Positions 1 to 17,286 of a stretch of 64,000 nucleotides of DNA are shown here, one piece after another. The notes beneath the pieces are model-generated. The model was given only the letters and a program-made list of their open reading frames with translations. It searched no databases and was not told the origin of the DNA. Source of the DNA: an uncultured Actinomycetes bacterium (GTDB lineage Bacteria > Actinomycetota > Actinomycetes > Streptosporangiales > Streptosporangiaceae); NCBI GenBank assembly GCA_963790065.1, contig CAWBNK010000028.1, forward strand, positions 36,312 through 100,311. The letters run 5' to 3'. The translations under genes and the position numbers were made by a program. Within the stretch, counting starts at the first letter, position 1, and every line of letters starts with the position of its first letter.

Positions 1-1961
1 GACAGCGGGACAAGCGCCTTGACCGCCCTGGCCCCGGATCGTTCCTCCATGGCCTGGATCTGGCCGCGGCGGCTGTTCAGGTCGCCGATCACGTCGCCCA
101 TGTAGTCCTCCGGCGTCCGGACCTCGACGGCCATGACCGGCTCGAGCAGCACGGGGTTCGCCTGGGCGGCGGCCTTCTTGAACGCCATCGAGCCGGCGAT
201 CTTGAAGGCGAGCTCGGACGAGTCGACCTCGTGGTAGGCGCCGTCGGTCAGCGTCACCTTGACGTCGACCATCGGGTAGCCGGCCAGCACGCCGAACTCG
301 GCGGCCTCCTGGCAGCCTGCGTCCACCGACGGGATGTACTCGCGCGGGATCCGGCCACCGTGGACCTTGTTCTCGAACTCGTACCCGCCGCCGTCGCCGC
401 CGGTGGGCTCCAGGTTGATGAGCACCCGGCCGTACTGGCCCGAGCCACCGGTCTGCTTCTTGTGCGTGTACTCGACCTTCTCCACCTTGCGGGTGACGGT
501 CTCGCGGTAGGCGACCTGCGGGCGGCCGATGTTCGCCTCGACCTTGAACTCGCGGCGCATCCGGTCGACCAGCACCTCCAGGTGCAGCTCGCCCATGCCG
601 GCGATGATCGTCTGGCCGGTTTCCTCGTCGGTCCTGACCTGGAAGGTCGGGTCCTCCTCGGCCAGCCGCTGGATCGCGGTGCCCAGCTTCTCCTGGTCGC
701 CCTTGGTCCTCGGCTCGATGGCCACGTTGATGACCGGGGCCGGGAACGTCATCGACTCCAGGATGACCGGCTTGTCCTGCGCGCACAGCGTGTCGCCCGT
801 GGTGGTGTCCTTCAGGCCCATCACGGCCACGATCTGCCCAGCCACCGCGGACGGGCGCTCCTCGCGCTTGTTCGCGTGCATCTGGTAGATCTTGCCGATC
901 CGCTCCTTGCGGCCCTTGATCGAGTTCAGCACGTTGCTGCCCGACTCCAGGGTGCCGGAGTAGACGCGGATGTAGGTGAGCTTGCCGAGATGCTGGTCGG
1001 ACATGATCTTGAACGCGAGCGCGGCGAACGGAGCCTCCGGGTTGGGGTCACGCTCCACGACCTTGTCCTCGTCGCCCACCGCGTGGCCCTTGACCGACGG
1101 GATGTCGGCCGGGCTGGGCAGGTAGTCCACGATCGCGTCGAGCATGGGCTGGACGCCCTTGTTCTTGAACGCGGTCCCGCACAGCACCGGGGTCAGCGAG
1201 CCGGCGACGGTGGCGCGGCGGATGGCCGCGATCAGCTGCTCCTCGGACGGCTCGGTGCCCTCCAGGTACAGCTCCATCATCTCGTCGTCGTTCTCGGCGA
1301 TGGTCTCGAGCAGCCGGTCACGCCATTCGCGCGCGGCCTCCTCGTGGTCGCCGGGGATCCCGACGACGTCGTACTTGTCGCCCTTGCCCTCGGTCTGCCA
1401 CAGCAGCGCGCGCATCTTGACCAGGTCGATGACGCCGCGGAAGTCGGACTCCACGCCCCAGGGCAGCTGCACGACGAGCGGCGTCGCCCCGAGCCGGTCG
1501 GTGATCATGTCCACGCAGCGGTGGAACTCGGCGCCGACGCGGTCCATCTTGTTGACGAAGCAGATGCGGGGCACGCCGTACCGGTTGGCCTGCCGCCAGA
1601 CGGTCTCGGACTGCGGCTCGACGCCGGCGACGGCGTCGAAGACCGCGACCGCACCATCAAGGACGCGCAGCGATCGCTCGACCTCCACGGTGAAGTCCAC
1701 GTGGCCGGGCGTGTCGATGATGTTGATGGTGTGGCCGAGCCAGCTCGTGGTGGTCGCGGCAGACGTGATCGTGATGCCGCGTTCCTGCTCCTGCTCCATC
1801 CAGTCCATGGTGGCTGCGCCCTCATGGACCTCACCGAGCTTGTAGTTGATGCCGGTGTAGAACAGGATCCGCTCGGTTGTCGTCGTCTTGCCCGCGTCGA
1901 TATGCGCCATGATCCCAATGTTGCGGACCTTGGCGAGGTCTACAGCGGTCTGGCTGGCCAC
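1..1961 (-). CDS. fusA: Elongation factor G (N-terminal ~653 aa; C-terminus lies beyond the window start)
   Basis: GTG at 1961 reads [65 protein letters not shown] (GTPase P-loop AHIDAGKTT). Sits 47 nt downstream of rpsG as in the str operon. Absent from the ORF track because it runs off the window edge. Confidence 0.95.
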   Translation of the reverse strand, partial: MASQTAVDLAKVRNIGIMAHIDAGKTTTTERILFYTGINYKLGEVHEGAATMDWMEQEQERGITITSAATTTSWLGHTINIIDTPGHVDFTVEVERSLRVLDGAVAVFDAVAGVEPQSETVWRQANRYGVPRICFVNKMDRVGAEFHRCVDMITDRLGATPLVVQLPWGVESDFRGVIDLVKMRALLWQTEGKGDKYDVVGIPGDHEEAAREWRDRLLETIAENDDEMMELYLEGTEPSEEQLIAAIRRATVAGSLTPVLCGTAFKNKGVQPMLDAIVDYLPSPADIPSVKGHAVGDEDKVVERDPNPEAPFAALAFKIMSDQHLGKLTYIRVYSGTLESGSNVLNSIKGRKERIGKIYQMHANKREERPSAVAGQIVAVMGLKDTTTGDTLCAQDKPVILESMTFPAPVINVAIEPRTKGDQEKLGTAIQRLAEEDPTFQVRTDEETGQTIIAGMGELHLEVLVDRMRREFKVEANIGRPQVAYRETVTRKVEKVEYTHKKQTGGSGQYGRVLINLEPTGGDGGGYEFENKVHGGRIPREYIPSVDAGCQEAAEFGVLAGYPMVDVKVTLTDGAYHEVDSSELAFKIAGSMAFKKAAAQANPVLLEPVMAVEVRTPEDYMGDVIGDLNSRRGQIQAMEERSGARAVKALVPL

Positions 1962-2008
1962 AATTCCTCGTTCTCGTTGTTAGCAGTTCTGGCTGACCGG
2001 TCCCGCGC

Positions 2009-2479
2009 TCACCAGCGGTAGTGGGCGAACGCCTTGTTGGACTCGGCCATCTTGTGGGTGTCCTCGCGCCGCTTCACGCTGGCGCCGAGGCCGTTGCTCG
2101 CGTCGAGCAGCTCGTTCATGAGCCGCTCGGTCATGGTCTTCTCCCGGCGGTTCCTGGCGTAGGCCACGATCCAGCGCAGCGCCAGCGTGGTGCTGCGGGA
2201 CGCGCGGACCTCGACCGGGACCTGGTAGGTGGCACCGCCGACGCGGCGGCTCTTGACCTCCAGGGTCGGCTTGACGTTGTCCAGGGCGCGCTTCAGGGTG
2301 ATGACCGGGTCGTTGCCCGTCTTGTCCCGGCACCCCTCGAGCGCTCCGTAGACGATGTGCTCAGCCACCGAGCGCTTGCCGGCCTTGAGGACCTTGTTGG
2401 CCAGCGCGGTGACGAGCGGCGAGCCGTAGACCGGATCGGTGACTAGCTGCCGCTTCGTAGCGGGACCCTTGCGAGGCAT
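2009..2479 (-). CDS. rpsG: 30S ribosomal protein S7
   Basis: Internal ATG of ORF 2009..2593 gives [31 protein letters not shown]...[15 protein letters not shown] (156 aa), the canonical S7. Starts 1 nt after the rpsL stop. Confidence 0.97.
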   Translation of the reverse strand: MPRKGPATKRQLVTDPVYGSPLVTALANKVLKAGKRSVAEHIVYGALEGCRDKTGNDPVITLKRALDNVKPTLEVKSRRVGGATYQVPVEVRASRSTTLALRWIVAYARNRREKTMTERLMNELLDASNGLGASVKRREDTHKMAESNKAFAHYRW

Positions 2480-2480
2480 C

Positions 2481-2855
<375 letters not shown>

Positions 2856-3229
2856 CCGCGTCTCCGTCTTTCCCGTCGCTGCGGCCCGCGCTCACACGCG
2901 AGCCCCGTCACGTTCTGTGCTAGCTAGCTTTTCCGAGGTCTCTGTCTTCCAAGACCTCTGTCTTCAGAGATCCCTGAGCGGCTAGGAGCCCCGAAATGGG
3001 GCCCCCGAATCCGCTCAGCCTGGGCTTTCTTGTCCTCCGCCGACCCCCGAGGTCGGGCGTGTCGCCGTGACCGGGAGTCAGCGGCTCGTGATGAGCCGAC
3101 TACTAGGAGGGAGAAAACCCATGCTGCCCGCCGGTCGGCCGCCCGGAGCCGGTCCGCAGACCGTCAGCCCCTGACCTGGCCATCAGCTGGCATGCGTACG
3201 TGCCCATGCGAACACGGACACGAATGAAG

Positions 3230-3257
3230 AACCTACCATGACACATCTCTCAAGCAA
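3230..3257 (-). promoter_or_regulatory. Candidate sigma-70-type promoter for the rpsL-rpsG-fusA operon
   Basis: Minus strand reads TTGCTT-N16-TAGGTT in the least GC-rich part of the 660-bp rpoC-rpsL spacer. This would give a ~365-nt leader. Sequence inspection only. Confidence 0.35.
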
Positions 3258-3454
3258 AATCGAGCCTCCACTGACCCGGCCCCTCCCGGAGCCGGCCGTG
3301 GCTGCTCGTACAGCATTGCTCGTATCTGTCCAACACCGTTCCCCCTCCTTTTAATCCCGTCCCGGTGAAGCAGGGCGGCCTAGCGGAGTGAAACAGGAGA
3401 CGGGAGGCCCAGAGGCAGTCCGGGGCGGGAGGCGGGCAGCACGGATCGTTCGGC

Positions 3455-3507
3455 CCAATAAATAGAGCACGGGCTGGCGGCACGCTTGGAGCGGCCGCCA
3501 GCCCGTG
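3455..3507 (-). terminator. Intrinsic terminator of rpoC
   Basis: Perfect 14-bp stem CACGGGCTGGCGGC / GCCGCCAGCCCGTG with a 12-nt loop, 15 nt after the rpoC stop. On the minus strand it is followed by CTCTATTTATT. Confidence 0.8.
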
Positions 3508-3521
3508 ACTGGCCTTGCTAA

Positions 3522-7394
<3,873 letters not shown>

Positions 7395-7416
7395 TGTGGT
7401 ATTTCCCCCTTCTCGA

Positions 7417-10899
<3,483 letters not shown>

Positions 10900-11018
10900 C
10901 AGGGGTCCTTCCGAACTTGTCGCGGAAATATCACCGCACGCACGCCAAACGCCCCGCGGCAAATGCCCCGTAGCGCGAGGTCGGAAACCGAGGACGTCAG
11001 AGTGCAGCGCAAACTAGC

Positions 11019-11048
11019 AGCATAGCCGTAAGGCACACTGCTTGTCAA
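11019..11048 (-). promoter_or_regulatory. Candidate rpoB promoter
   Basis: Minus strand reads TTGACA-N18-TATGCT, ~120 nt upstream of the rpoB start, in a locally AT-richer stretch. Confidence 0.45.
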
Positions 11049-11269
11049 CTATACGCTACTATGAGATTCACGGTTGCTCCGCAGCATCGCTCTTCGGCGG
11101 CCAAACGTCAAGTCCAAACCGGACACTCAGGGCAGATTGCTGGCGTGACAGAGACCACATGCGGTGTCAAGTGTAGGTTGTAACACCGCGGGGTAGGACT
11201 TTATTTCGCGCTTCCGCGCGATCATCGTGGGCGGCTCGCGCCGCCCCGTCCCGGTTTTTCACTTTTCTC

Positions 11270-11389
11270 CGCGTGTCACCGCAGAGCTTGCTTTGCGTGT
11301 CGCGGCAGGGCTGGCCCTGCGTGTCGCGGCAGGGCTTGTCCTGCGTGTCGCGGCAGGGCTTGCCCTGCGTGTCGCGGCGAAGCTTGCTC
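11270..11389. repeat. Tandem array of five 24-bp units carrying a 16-bp palindrome
   Basis: Units TGCGTGTCGCGGCAGGGCT(T/G)G(C/T)CC at 11294, 11318 and 11342, with degenerate copies at 11270 and 11366. Unit junctions create GCAGGGCTTGCCCTGC palindromes every 24 bp. Confidence 0.9.
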
Positions 11390-11415
11390 CGTCAAGCTGG
11401 CTCCGTGAACGACTG

Positions 11416-11460
11416 AGACCCGGCCTTCAAGCCACTGAGGTGACCTGAAGCCCGGGTCTC
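11416..11460 (-). terminator. Hairpin downstream of rplL (terminator or attenuator between rplL and rpoB)
   Basis: GAGACCCGGCCTTCA...TGAAGCCCGGGTCTC inverted repeat about 65 nt after the rplL stop. There is no clear U-tract, so it may be a partial terminator. Confidence 0.5.
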
Positions 11461-11526
11461 TCGTCGCGCGGCCCCGGCCTGAGAGCCGGGGACCGGGGAC
11501 CGGGGCCCGCCTAGCGCAGCCTGCGG

Positions 11527-11919
11527 CTACTTGACGGTGACGGTGGCGCCAGCGCCCTCCAGGGCCGCCCGCGCCTTGTCCGCGCTCTCCTTGTTGACCT
11601 TCTCCAGCACCGTCTTGGGCGCACCGTCGACCAGGTCCTTGGCCTCCTTCAGGCCCAGGCTGGTCAGGCTGCGCACCTCCTTGATGACCTGGATCTTCTT
11701 GTCGCCCGCGGCGTTCAGGATGACGTCGAACTCATCCTGCTCCTCGGCCTGCTCGGCCTCCCCGCCGCCGGCCCCGCCGGCCGCCGGAGCGGCCACGGCT
11801 ACCGGGGCAGCCGCCTTGACATCGAACGTCTCCTCGAACTGCTTGACGAACTCGGACAGCTCCAGGAGGGTCATCTCCTTGAAGGCGTCAAGCAGGTCGG
11901 CGCTACTCATCTTCGCCAT
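11527..11919 (-). CDS. rplL: 50S ribosomal protein L7/L12
   Basis: 130 aa: [34 protein letters not shown]...[33 protein letters not shown]. Confidence 0.98.
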   Translation of the reverse strand: MAKMSSADLLDAFKEMTLLELSEFVKQFEETFDVKAAAPVAVAAPAAGGAGGGEAEQAEEQDEFDVILNAAGDKKIQVIKEVRSLTSLGLKEAKDLVDGAPKTVLEKVNKESADKARAALEGAGATVTVK

Positions 11920-11955
11920 GGTGGTGTATTCCTCGTTCCTTGAAAGTGGGTCTGG

Positions 11956-12621
11956 TCAGCCCTCGGCGGGCGTGTCATCGGCAGCGGGCGCGTCGTCCGC
12001 TTCGGCCGCGGGCGCGTCGTCCGCTTCGGCCGCGGGCGCGTTGTCCGCTTCGGCCACGGCTTGCGGCGCGGTCTCGGCGGCGGGAGCCGCCCCGGCCCCG
12101 GCCTCGGCCTCGCGCTTGGCGCGCAGTGCCTCGGCGAGCTGCGCCATCTGCACGGGCAGCGCGTTGAACGTGGCGGCCGCGCCGGCCAGCGACGCCTTCA
12201 TGGCGCCAGCCAGCTTGGCCAGCAGGACGTCACGCGGCTCCAGGTCGGCCAGCCTGATGATCTCCGCGGGGGAGATCGCCTGGCCGTCGAGCACGCCGCC
12301 CTTGATGACCAGCAGCGGGTGGGCCTTCGCGAAGTCGCGCAGGCCCTTGGCCGCCTCGACCACGTCGCCGTCGACGAACGCGACGGCCGACGGGCCGGTC
12401 AGCATCGCCGCCAGCTGGTCGGACAGTCCCGCCTCGGTGACCGCGATCTTGGTCAGCGTGTTCTTCACCACGGCGAACGTGGCGTTGTCCCCGAGTGACC
12501 TGCGCAGCTCGGCGAGCTGGGCCACGGTGAGTCCGCGGTACTCGGTGAGCACCGCGCCGGACGAGTCCCTGAACCGCCCGGTGAGCTCGGCGACCGCGGC
12601 TACCTTCTCGGCGTTAGGCAT
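11956..12621 (-). CDS. rplJ: 50S ribosomal protein L10 with an extended acidic C-terminal tail
   Basis: ATG at 12621 (RBS GAGAGGAGG) gives [44 protein letters not shown]... 221 aa. The tail contains three APAAEADD repeats. Confidence 0.95.
   Translation of the reverse strand: MPNAEKVAAVAELTGRFRDSSGAVLTEYRGLTVAQLAELRRSLGDNATFAVVKNTLTKIAVTEAGLSDQLAAMLTGPSAVAFVDGDVVEAAKGLRDFAKAHPLLVIKGGVLDGQAISPAEIIRLADLEPRDVLLAKLAGAMKASLAGAAATFNALPVQMAQLAEALRAKREAEAGAGAAPAAETAPQAVAEADNAPAAEADDAPAAEADDAPAADDTPAEG
11984..12055. repeat. 3 x 24-bp tandem repeat inside the rplJ 3' end
   Basis: GCGGGCGCGT(C/T)GTCCGCTTCGGCC x3, encoding AEAD(D/N)APA octapeptides. Confidence 0.9.
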
Positions 12622-12760
12622 GTGCCTCCTCTCGGTTTGCGTAGCGATTGCATACCTGCCGGAGACACAAAAACAGCCCCGGCGCGAGGCGCACGGGGCT
12701 CTGCCAGCCAGCCTTCTCAAGAAGGCGAGCCGGTACAGCTCAGTTCACCTGCGCGGGATG
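12622..12760 (-). promoter_or_regulatory. rplJ 5' leader (L10-leader-like) with a terminator-like attenuator hairpin
   Basis: Minus strand AGCCCCG-N11-CGGGGCT is followed by GTTTTTGTGT (plus coordinates 12665-12700), directly upstream of the rplJ RBS. This position and architecture match autoregulatory L10 leaders. Confidence 0.5.
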
Positions 12761-12887
12761 TCCGGTCCGGATCTTGCGACCCGGGCCCGGAGCCTTCGGC
12801 CGCCGCGCGAGCGCGACAGCATCCAGCGGTCTTCGGCGTAAGTCAGCTTACTTGGTGCGCCACCTGCGGGCAAAACGATGGCGGCTT

Positions 12888-12940
12888 CATGATCGCGGGC
12901 AGTTCTGGTCGCTATGCGGTCCGAACTGCCCGCGATCATG
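12888..12940. repeat. Short, inverted copy of the CATGATCGCGGGCAGTT palindromic element core
   Basis: Perfect 18-bp inverted repeat CATGATCGCGGGCAGTTC / GAACTGCCCGCGATCATG with a 17-nt loop. The same core and a related loop occur at ~36100-36150 and ~52299-52349. Confidence 0.85.
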
Positions 12941-12971
12941 GCTCGAGGGGCTGAGGAAGCAGGGAACAGCA

Positions 12972-13022
12972 AAGATCGTGGCCGGAATTGGGCGATATGC
13001 GCCGCAATCTGGCCACGATCTT
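12972..13022 (-). terminator. Hairpin after rplA (candidate terminator)
   Basis: 12-bp stem AAGATCGTGGCC / GGCCACGATCTT, 15 nt after the rplA stop. Followed on the minus strand by TGCTGTTCCCTGCTTCC. Confidence 0.45.
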
Positions 13023-13036
13023 GGACAGGCGCGGGG

Positions 13037-13759
13037 TTACGCGGTGGCTTCCTCGAGCTCGTCGGCCAGGTTGCGGGTCTTGCTGGGGTCGACCGGGATG
13101 CCGGGGCCCATGGTGGTGGTGAAGGTGACCTTCCTCAGGTACCGGCCCTTGGCCGCGGCGGGCTTGAGCCTGATCACTTCGTCGATGGCGGCGGCGTAGT
13201 TCTCCAGCAGCGCGTTCGGCGCGAACGAGGCCTTGCCGATGATGAAGTGCAGGTTGCCGTGCCGGTCCACCCGGAACTCGATCTTGCCGCCCTTGATCTC
13301 GGTCACGGCCTTGGCCACGTCCGGGGTCACGGTGCCGGTCTTCGGGTTCGGCATCAGGCCGCGCGGGCCGAGCACCCGGCCGAGCCGGCCGACCTTGCCC
13401 ATCAGGTCCGGCGTGGCCACTACCGCGTCGAAGTCGAGGAACCCGCCCTGGATGCGCTCGATCAGGTCGTCGGAGCCGACGAAGTCCGCCCCGGCCGCGC
13501 GGGCCTCCTCGGCCCGATCGCCGGTGGCGAACACGAGCACCCGGGCCGTCTTGCCGGTGCCGTTCGGCAGGTTGACCGTGCCGCGGACCATCTGGTCCTG
13601 CTTGCGCGGGTCGACGCCGAGCCGCAGGGCCACCTCGACGGTGGGGTCGAACTTGGTCACCTGATTGGCCTTGGCGATCGCGACGGCCTCGGCCGGGGTG
13701 TACAGCCGGGCCCGGTCGACCTGCTCACTGGCCTCGCGGTAGGACTTGCTGCGCTTCAT
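13037..13759 (-). CDS. rplA: 50S ribosomal protein L1
   Basis: 240 aa: [31 protein letters not shown]...[19 protein letters not shown]...[15 protein letters not shown]. Confidence 0.98.
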   Translation of the reverse strand: MKRSKSYREASEQVDRARLYTPAEAVAIAKANQVTKFDPTVEVALRLGVDPRKQDQMVRGTVNLPNGTGKTARVLVFATGDRAEEARAAGADFVGSDDLIERIQGGFLDFDAVVATPDLMGKVGRLGRVLGPRGLMPNPKTGTVTPDVAKAVTEIKGGKIEFRVDRHGNLHFIIGKASFAPNALLENYAAAIDEVIRLKPAAAKGRYLRKVTFTTTMGPGIPVDPSKTRNLADELEEATA

Positions 13760-13901
13760 TAGCTTTCTCCCATGGTCTGGAGTTCGTGGTCAGCGGGCCG
13801 CGCGAGGCCCTGCCACAGGTTGGAAATCCTGTTCTGTATAACCAGCCGCGGCGGCGGGTTGTTCCGGCCGCGGCCTGCCAGGGACCGCGGCCTGCCGGCG
13901 A

Positions 13902-14336
13902 CTAGCCCTCGACCTTGATGCCCATCGAGCGGGCGGTGCCGGCGATGATCTTCTCGGCCGCCTCGATCGTGGTGGCGTTCAGGTCCGGCATCTTGGTCTG
14001 CGCGATGTCGCGGACCTGCGCCTTGCTGATCGAGCCGACCTTGGTCTTGTGCGGCTCGGCGCTGCCCTTGTCCACCCCGGCGGCCTTCTTGATCAGCTCG
14101 GGAGCGGGCGGCGTCTTGGTGATGAAGGTGAAGGTCCGGTCCTCGTAAATGGAGATCTCGACCGGGATGATGTTGCCCCGCTGGCTGTCCGTCGCGGCGT
14201 TGTACTGCTTGACGAAATCCATGATGTTCACGCCGTGCGGGCCGAGCGCGGTACCCACCGGCGGCGCCGGGGTGGCCTGCCCGGCGGGCAGCTGCACCTT
14301 GACGATGGCGGCGAGCTTCTTCCTTCTTGGCGGCAT
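13902..14336 (-). CDS. rplK: 50S ribosomal protein L11
   Basis: 144 aa: [49 protein letters not shown]... Confidence 0.98.
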   Translation of the reverse strand: MPPRRKKLAAIVKVQLPAGQATPAPPVGTALGPHGVNIMDFVKQYNAATDSQRGNIIPVEISIYEDRTFTFITKTPPAPELIKKAAGVDKGSAEPHKTKVGSISKAQVRDIAQTKMPDLNATTIEAAEKIIAGTARSMGIKVEG

Positions 14337-14365
14337 GCCTATTTCCTCACTTGCACGAAATGGTT

Positions 14366-15313
14366 CTAGATCTTGGTTACCTGGTCGAATGACAGCTCTA
14401 CCGGCGTCTCCCGGCCGAAGATCGACACCAGCACCTTGAGCTTCTGGGATTCGGGGTTGATCTCGTTCACGGTGGCGGGCAGGGTGGCAAACGGCCCGTC
14501 CATGACGGTCACCGACTCGCCGACCTCGAAGTCAGGCGTGGACGTCCGGGCCGCCTCGGCCTGCTTGGTACCAGGCTCGGGCTCCGGCGCGAGGAGGCTG
14601 GCCACCTCGCCGATCTGCAGCGGCGACGGCCGACTGGACAGCCCGACGAAGCCGGTCACGCCCGGCGTGTTCCGCACCACGGCCCAGGACTCGTCGGTCA
14701 GGTCCATCCGGACCAGGATGTAGCCCGGCAGCACCTTCTCCTGGACCTGCTGCCGCTTGCCGCCCTTGATCTCGGTCACCTGATGGACAGGCACCTCGAT
14801 CTGGTAGATGTAGTCCTCCATGTTGAGGGACTGGATGCGGCTTTCCAGGTTGGTCTTCACCCGGTTCTCGTAGCCGGCGTAGGAGTGCACCACGTACCAG
14901 TCGCCGGGCAGCATCCGCAGCTCGCGCGTGAACTCCTCCAGGACTCCGTCCGGGGACTCCTCGGCAGCCTCGGCCGCTTCCGTGTCGGCCAGCTCAGTGT
15001 CAGCCAGCTCAGGATCGGCCAGCTCAGGATCAGCCAGCTCAGGATCAGCCAGCTCAGCCTCGGCCGGCTCAGCCTCGGCCAGCTCAGCCTCGGCCAGCTC
15101 AACCTCGGCCGAGTCATCCTCGGCGGACTCAGCCTCGGCCGGCTCAACCTCGGCCAGCTCGGCGTCGGCCGGGATGGGCGCGTCGTCAGCCGGTCCGGCG
15201 GCGTCCTGCACGTCGGCTTCTTCGCTGTACTCGCTCACCTCATCGGCCTCCCCGGTTTCCGCGTCGGGTCCTGTCGTGCCCAACGCCACAGCATCGAGCT
15301 GGGTCTCAGACAC
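14366..15313 (-). CDS. nusG: Transcription termination/antitermination factor NusG with a long acidic repeat N-terminal extension
   Basis: C-terminal 190 aa: [39 protein letters not shown]...[43 protein letters not shown] (NGN plus KOW). The GTG at 15313 (VSETQLDAV) resembles Streptomyces-type starts. An ATG at 15358 is also possible. Confidence 0.93.
   Translation of the reverse strand: MSETQLDAVALGTTGPDAETGEADEVSEYSEEADVQDAAGPADDAPIPADAELAEVEPAEAESAEDDSAEVELAEAELAEAEPAEAELADPELADPELADPELADTELADTEAAEAAEESPDGVLEEFTRELRMLPGDWYVVHSYAGYENRVKTNLESRIQSLNMEDYIYQIEVPVHQVTEIKGGKRQQVQEKVLPGYILVRMDLTDESWAVVRNTPGVTGFVGLSSRPSPLQIGEVASLLAPEPEPGTKQAEAARTSTPDFEVGESVTVMDGPFATLPATVNEINPESQKLKVLVSIFGRETPVELSFDQVTKI
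14990..15169. repeat. 12 x 15-bp tandem repeat within the nusG 5' region
   Basis: CAGCTCAG(G/C)(A/C)TC(G/A)GC-type units, encoding acidic pentapeptides ([15 protein letters not shown]). Confidence 0.9.
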
Positions 15314-15406
15314 GAATGCTCTCTCTTCTATCTCAGGCCACGACCATCTGGTGATCATGGCTGCCGCGCTCGGCGCGCGGCGCTACCCCGGCGACCCCGC
15401 AGGTGC

Positions 15407-15661
15407 CTAGCCGAACAACTCGAAGACCAGCTTGGTGAACCCGTAGTCCAGGCTCGTCACGAAGATCACCATGAAGATCACGAAGACCAGGCAGACGATC
15501 GTGTAGGTGATGAGCACGTTACGGGTCGGCCAGATGACCTTGCGCAGCTCCGCAACGATTTGCCGGAAGAACACGGCGGGGGTGGTCCGGTTGCTGCGCT
15601 TGGCAGTCCGGTCGCCTCCGCTCCGTTTCTCCGGGGCCTCACCGCGTGTCTGAGTCGCCAT
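15407..15661 (-). CDS. secE: Preprotein translocase subunit SecE
   Basis: ATG at 15661 gives MATQTRGEAPEKRSGGDRTAKRSNRTTPAVFFRQIVAELRKVIWPTRNVLITYTIVCLVFVIFMVIFVTSLDYGF (84 aa, single C-terminal TM). Lies between tRNA-Trp and nusG, as conserved in actinobacteria. Confidence 0.9.
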   Translation of the reverse strand: MATQTRGEAPEKRSGGDRTAKRSNRTTPAVFFRQIVAELRKVIWPTRNVLITYTIVCLVFVIFMVIFVTSLDYGFTKLVFELFG

Positions 15662-15712
15662 AACCTCACCTATACGTTCGCCGGCTTCACGGCTTTCGCC
15701 GGACCGCACTCG

Positions 15713-15786
15713 CAGGGCAGGAGGGACTCGAACCCCCAACCACCGGTTTTGGAGACCGGGACTCTGGCCAATTGAGCTACTGCCCT
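15713..15786 (-). tRNA. trpT: tRNA-Trp (anticodon CCA)
   Basis: Minus strand AGGGCAGTAGCTCAATTGGCCAGAGTCCCGGTCTCCAAAACCGGTGGTTGGGGGTTCGAGTCCCTCCTGCCCTG. Acceptor stem is 7 bp, the anticodon loop is CTCCAAA, and the T-loop is GGTTCGAGTCC. No encoded CCA. Confidence 0.93.
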
Positions 15787-16041
15787 TTGCGCTTTGCAAT
15801 ACTGCGTTGGCACACCTGCTTGGCAACACTGCTAGTCAGCAAACCACTGCTTCCAGCCTACGCCCCATCGAGCCTACGGGCACGCTGCCGCAGCGACAGC
15901 CTGGCTGCCGGTCCATGAAGTGTACGTCTGTTCGGCCGCCGCGTCGAACCGTCCGGTCGCCAAGGCTAGCCGGGCCCGGCGACCACCCGGTGACCAGCAC
16001 CGGAGGTAATTAATGCGCCGGCACGGCCGTCGTCTGGGACA

Positions 16042-17253
16042 ATGGAGTTCATGCCAACCAGAGTCTCCGCGCGGGTTTCCGCCATCTCAGAATCCGCCAC
16101 GCTGGCCGTGGACGCCAAGGCCAAGGCGCTCAAGGCGGCCGGCCGACCGGTCATCGGCTTCGGCGCGGGCGAACCCGACTTCCCCACGCCCGGCTACATC
16201 GTCGAGGCCGCCCAGGCCGCATGCGCGCAGCCGCGTTTCCACAAGTACACCCCCGCGGCCGGCCTGCCCGAACTGCGGCAGGCGATCGCGGACAAGACCG
16301 CGAGAGACTCGGGCTACCAGGTCGAGCCGGGCCAGGTGCTGGTCACCAACGGCGGGAAGCAGGCCGTGTACCAGACCTTCGCCACCCTGCTCGATCCCGG
16401 CGACGAGGTCATCGTGCCCGCGCCCTACTGGACCACCTACCCCGAGGCCATCGGCCTGGCCGGCGGCGTCATGCGGCCGGTGCCGACCGACGAGCGCACC
16501 GGCTACCTGGCCAGCATCGAGGCCCTGGAGGCCGCCCGCACCGACCGGACCAAGGTCGTGCTGTTCGTGTCGCCGTCCAACCCGACCGGGGCGGTCTACC
16601 CGCCGGACCAGGTGGCCGCGATCGGCGAGTGGGCCGCCTCCCATGGCCTGTGGGTGGTCACCGACGAGATCTACGAGCATCTGGTCTACGGCGACGCGGT
16701 GTTCTCCTCCATCCCGGTGCAGGCCCCGGCCGTGGCCGGCACCTGCGTGGTGGTCAACGGCGTGGCCAAGACCTACGCCATGACCGGCTGGCGGGTGGGC
16801 TGGATGATCGGCCCCAAGGACGTTATCGGCGCGGCCGCGAACCTGCAGAGCCATGCCACCTCCAACGTGAACAACGTGGCCCAGGCCGCGGCGCTGGCCG
16901 CCGTGTCCGGTGACCTGTCCGCGGTGGCGACCATGCGCGCGGCCTTCGACCGGCGCCGGCAGACGATGACCCGGATGCTGAACGACATCGACGGCGTGCT
17001 GTGCCCCGAGCCGCAGGGCGCCTTCTACTGCTACCCGAGCGTCAAGGGCCTGCTGGGCAAGGAGATCGCCGGGCGCCGACCGCAGACCTCGGCCGAACTA
17101 GCCGGGCTCATCCTGGACGAGGCCGAGGTGGCCGTGGTCCCGGGCGAGGCGTTCGGCACGCCCGGATATTTCCGGCTTTCCTACGCGCTCGGCGACGCCG
17201 ACCTCGAAGAGGGCGTGGCCCGGATGGCCAAGCTGCTCGCGGGCGCCCGCTAG
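16042..17253 (+). CDS. aspC: Pyridoxal-phosphate-dependent aspartate aminotransferase (class I)
   Basis: 403 aa with [23 protein letters not shown] and the PLP-lysine context [16 protein letters not shown]. Confidence 0.9.
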   Translation: MEFMPTRVSARVSAISESATLAVDAKAKALKAAGRPVIGFGAGEPDFPTPGYIVEAAQAACAQPRFHKYTPAAGLPELRQAIADKTARDSGYQVEPGQVLVTNGGKQAVYQTFATLLDPGDEVIVPAPYWTTYPEAIGLAGGVMRPVPTDERTGYLASIEALEAARTDRTKVVLFVSPSNPTGAVYPPDQVAAIGEWAASHGLWVVTDEIYEHLVYGDAVFSSIPVQAPAVAGTCVVVNGVAKTYAMTGWRVGWMIGPKDVIGAAANLQSHATSNVNNVAQAAALAAVSGDLSAVATMRAAFDRRRQTMTRMLNDIDGVLCPEPQGAFYCYPSVKGLLGKEIAGRRPQTSAELAGLILDEAEVAVVPGEAFGTPGYFRLSYALGDADLEEGVARMAKLLAGAR

Positions 17254-17286
17254 GGCCCTGCCATTTTTTTCGGGCACACTGAGCGG

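Noticed and set aside
231-2021. 596-aa plus-strand ORF opposite fusA
   Set aside because: The translation is Arg/Ala/Gly/Leu/Val-rich and low-complexity with no motifs. It lies antisense to an unambiguous EF-G gene. This is a typical open shadow frame in high-GC DNA.
3121-3174. 17-codon plus-strand ORF preceded by AGGAGGGAG in the rpoC-rpsL spacer
   Set aside because: It lies on the strand opposite to all surrounding transcription, and its product is Pro/Gly-rich. The purine tract is more simply part of the rpsL leader complement. There is no support beyond the RBS-like string.
11270-11389. Possibility that the tandem arrays (this one and those at 14990, 42780, 55651, 57000-58300, 59798) are CRISPR arrays
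   Set aside because: The units are contiguous with no unique spacers between them. No cas genes are present, and several arrays are in-frame parts of genes.
11227-11448. 73-aa ORF translating the 24-bp array as LALRVAAG repeats
   Set aside because: It has no RBS. It lies in the rplL-rpoB transcribed spacer on the opposite strand, and the repeat periodicity alone explains the open frame.
12745-12972. Small ORFs across the palindromic elements (12745..12972, 35895..36446, 36172..36378, 52161..52349, 52370..52606)
   Set aside because: Their similar peptide strings (MIAGS..., MIM(M/K)DRR...) simply reflect the repeated DNA. There are no RBSs, and the frames are not conserved between copies.
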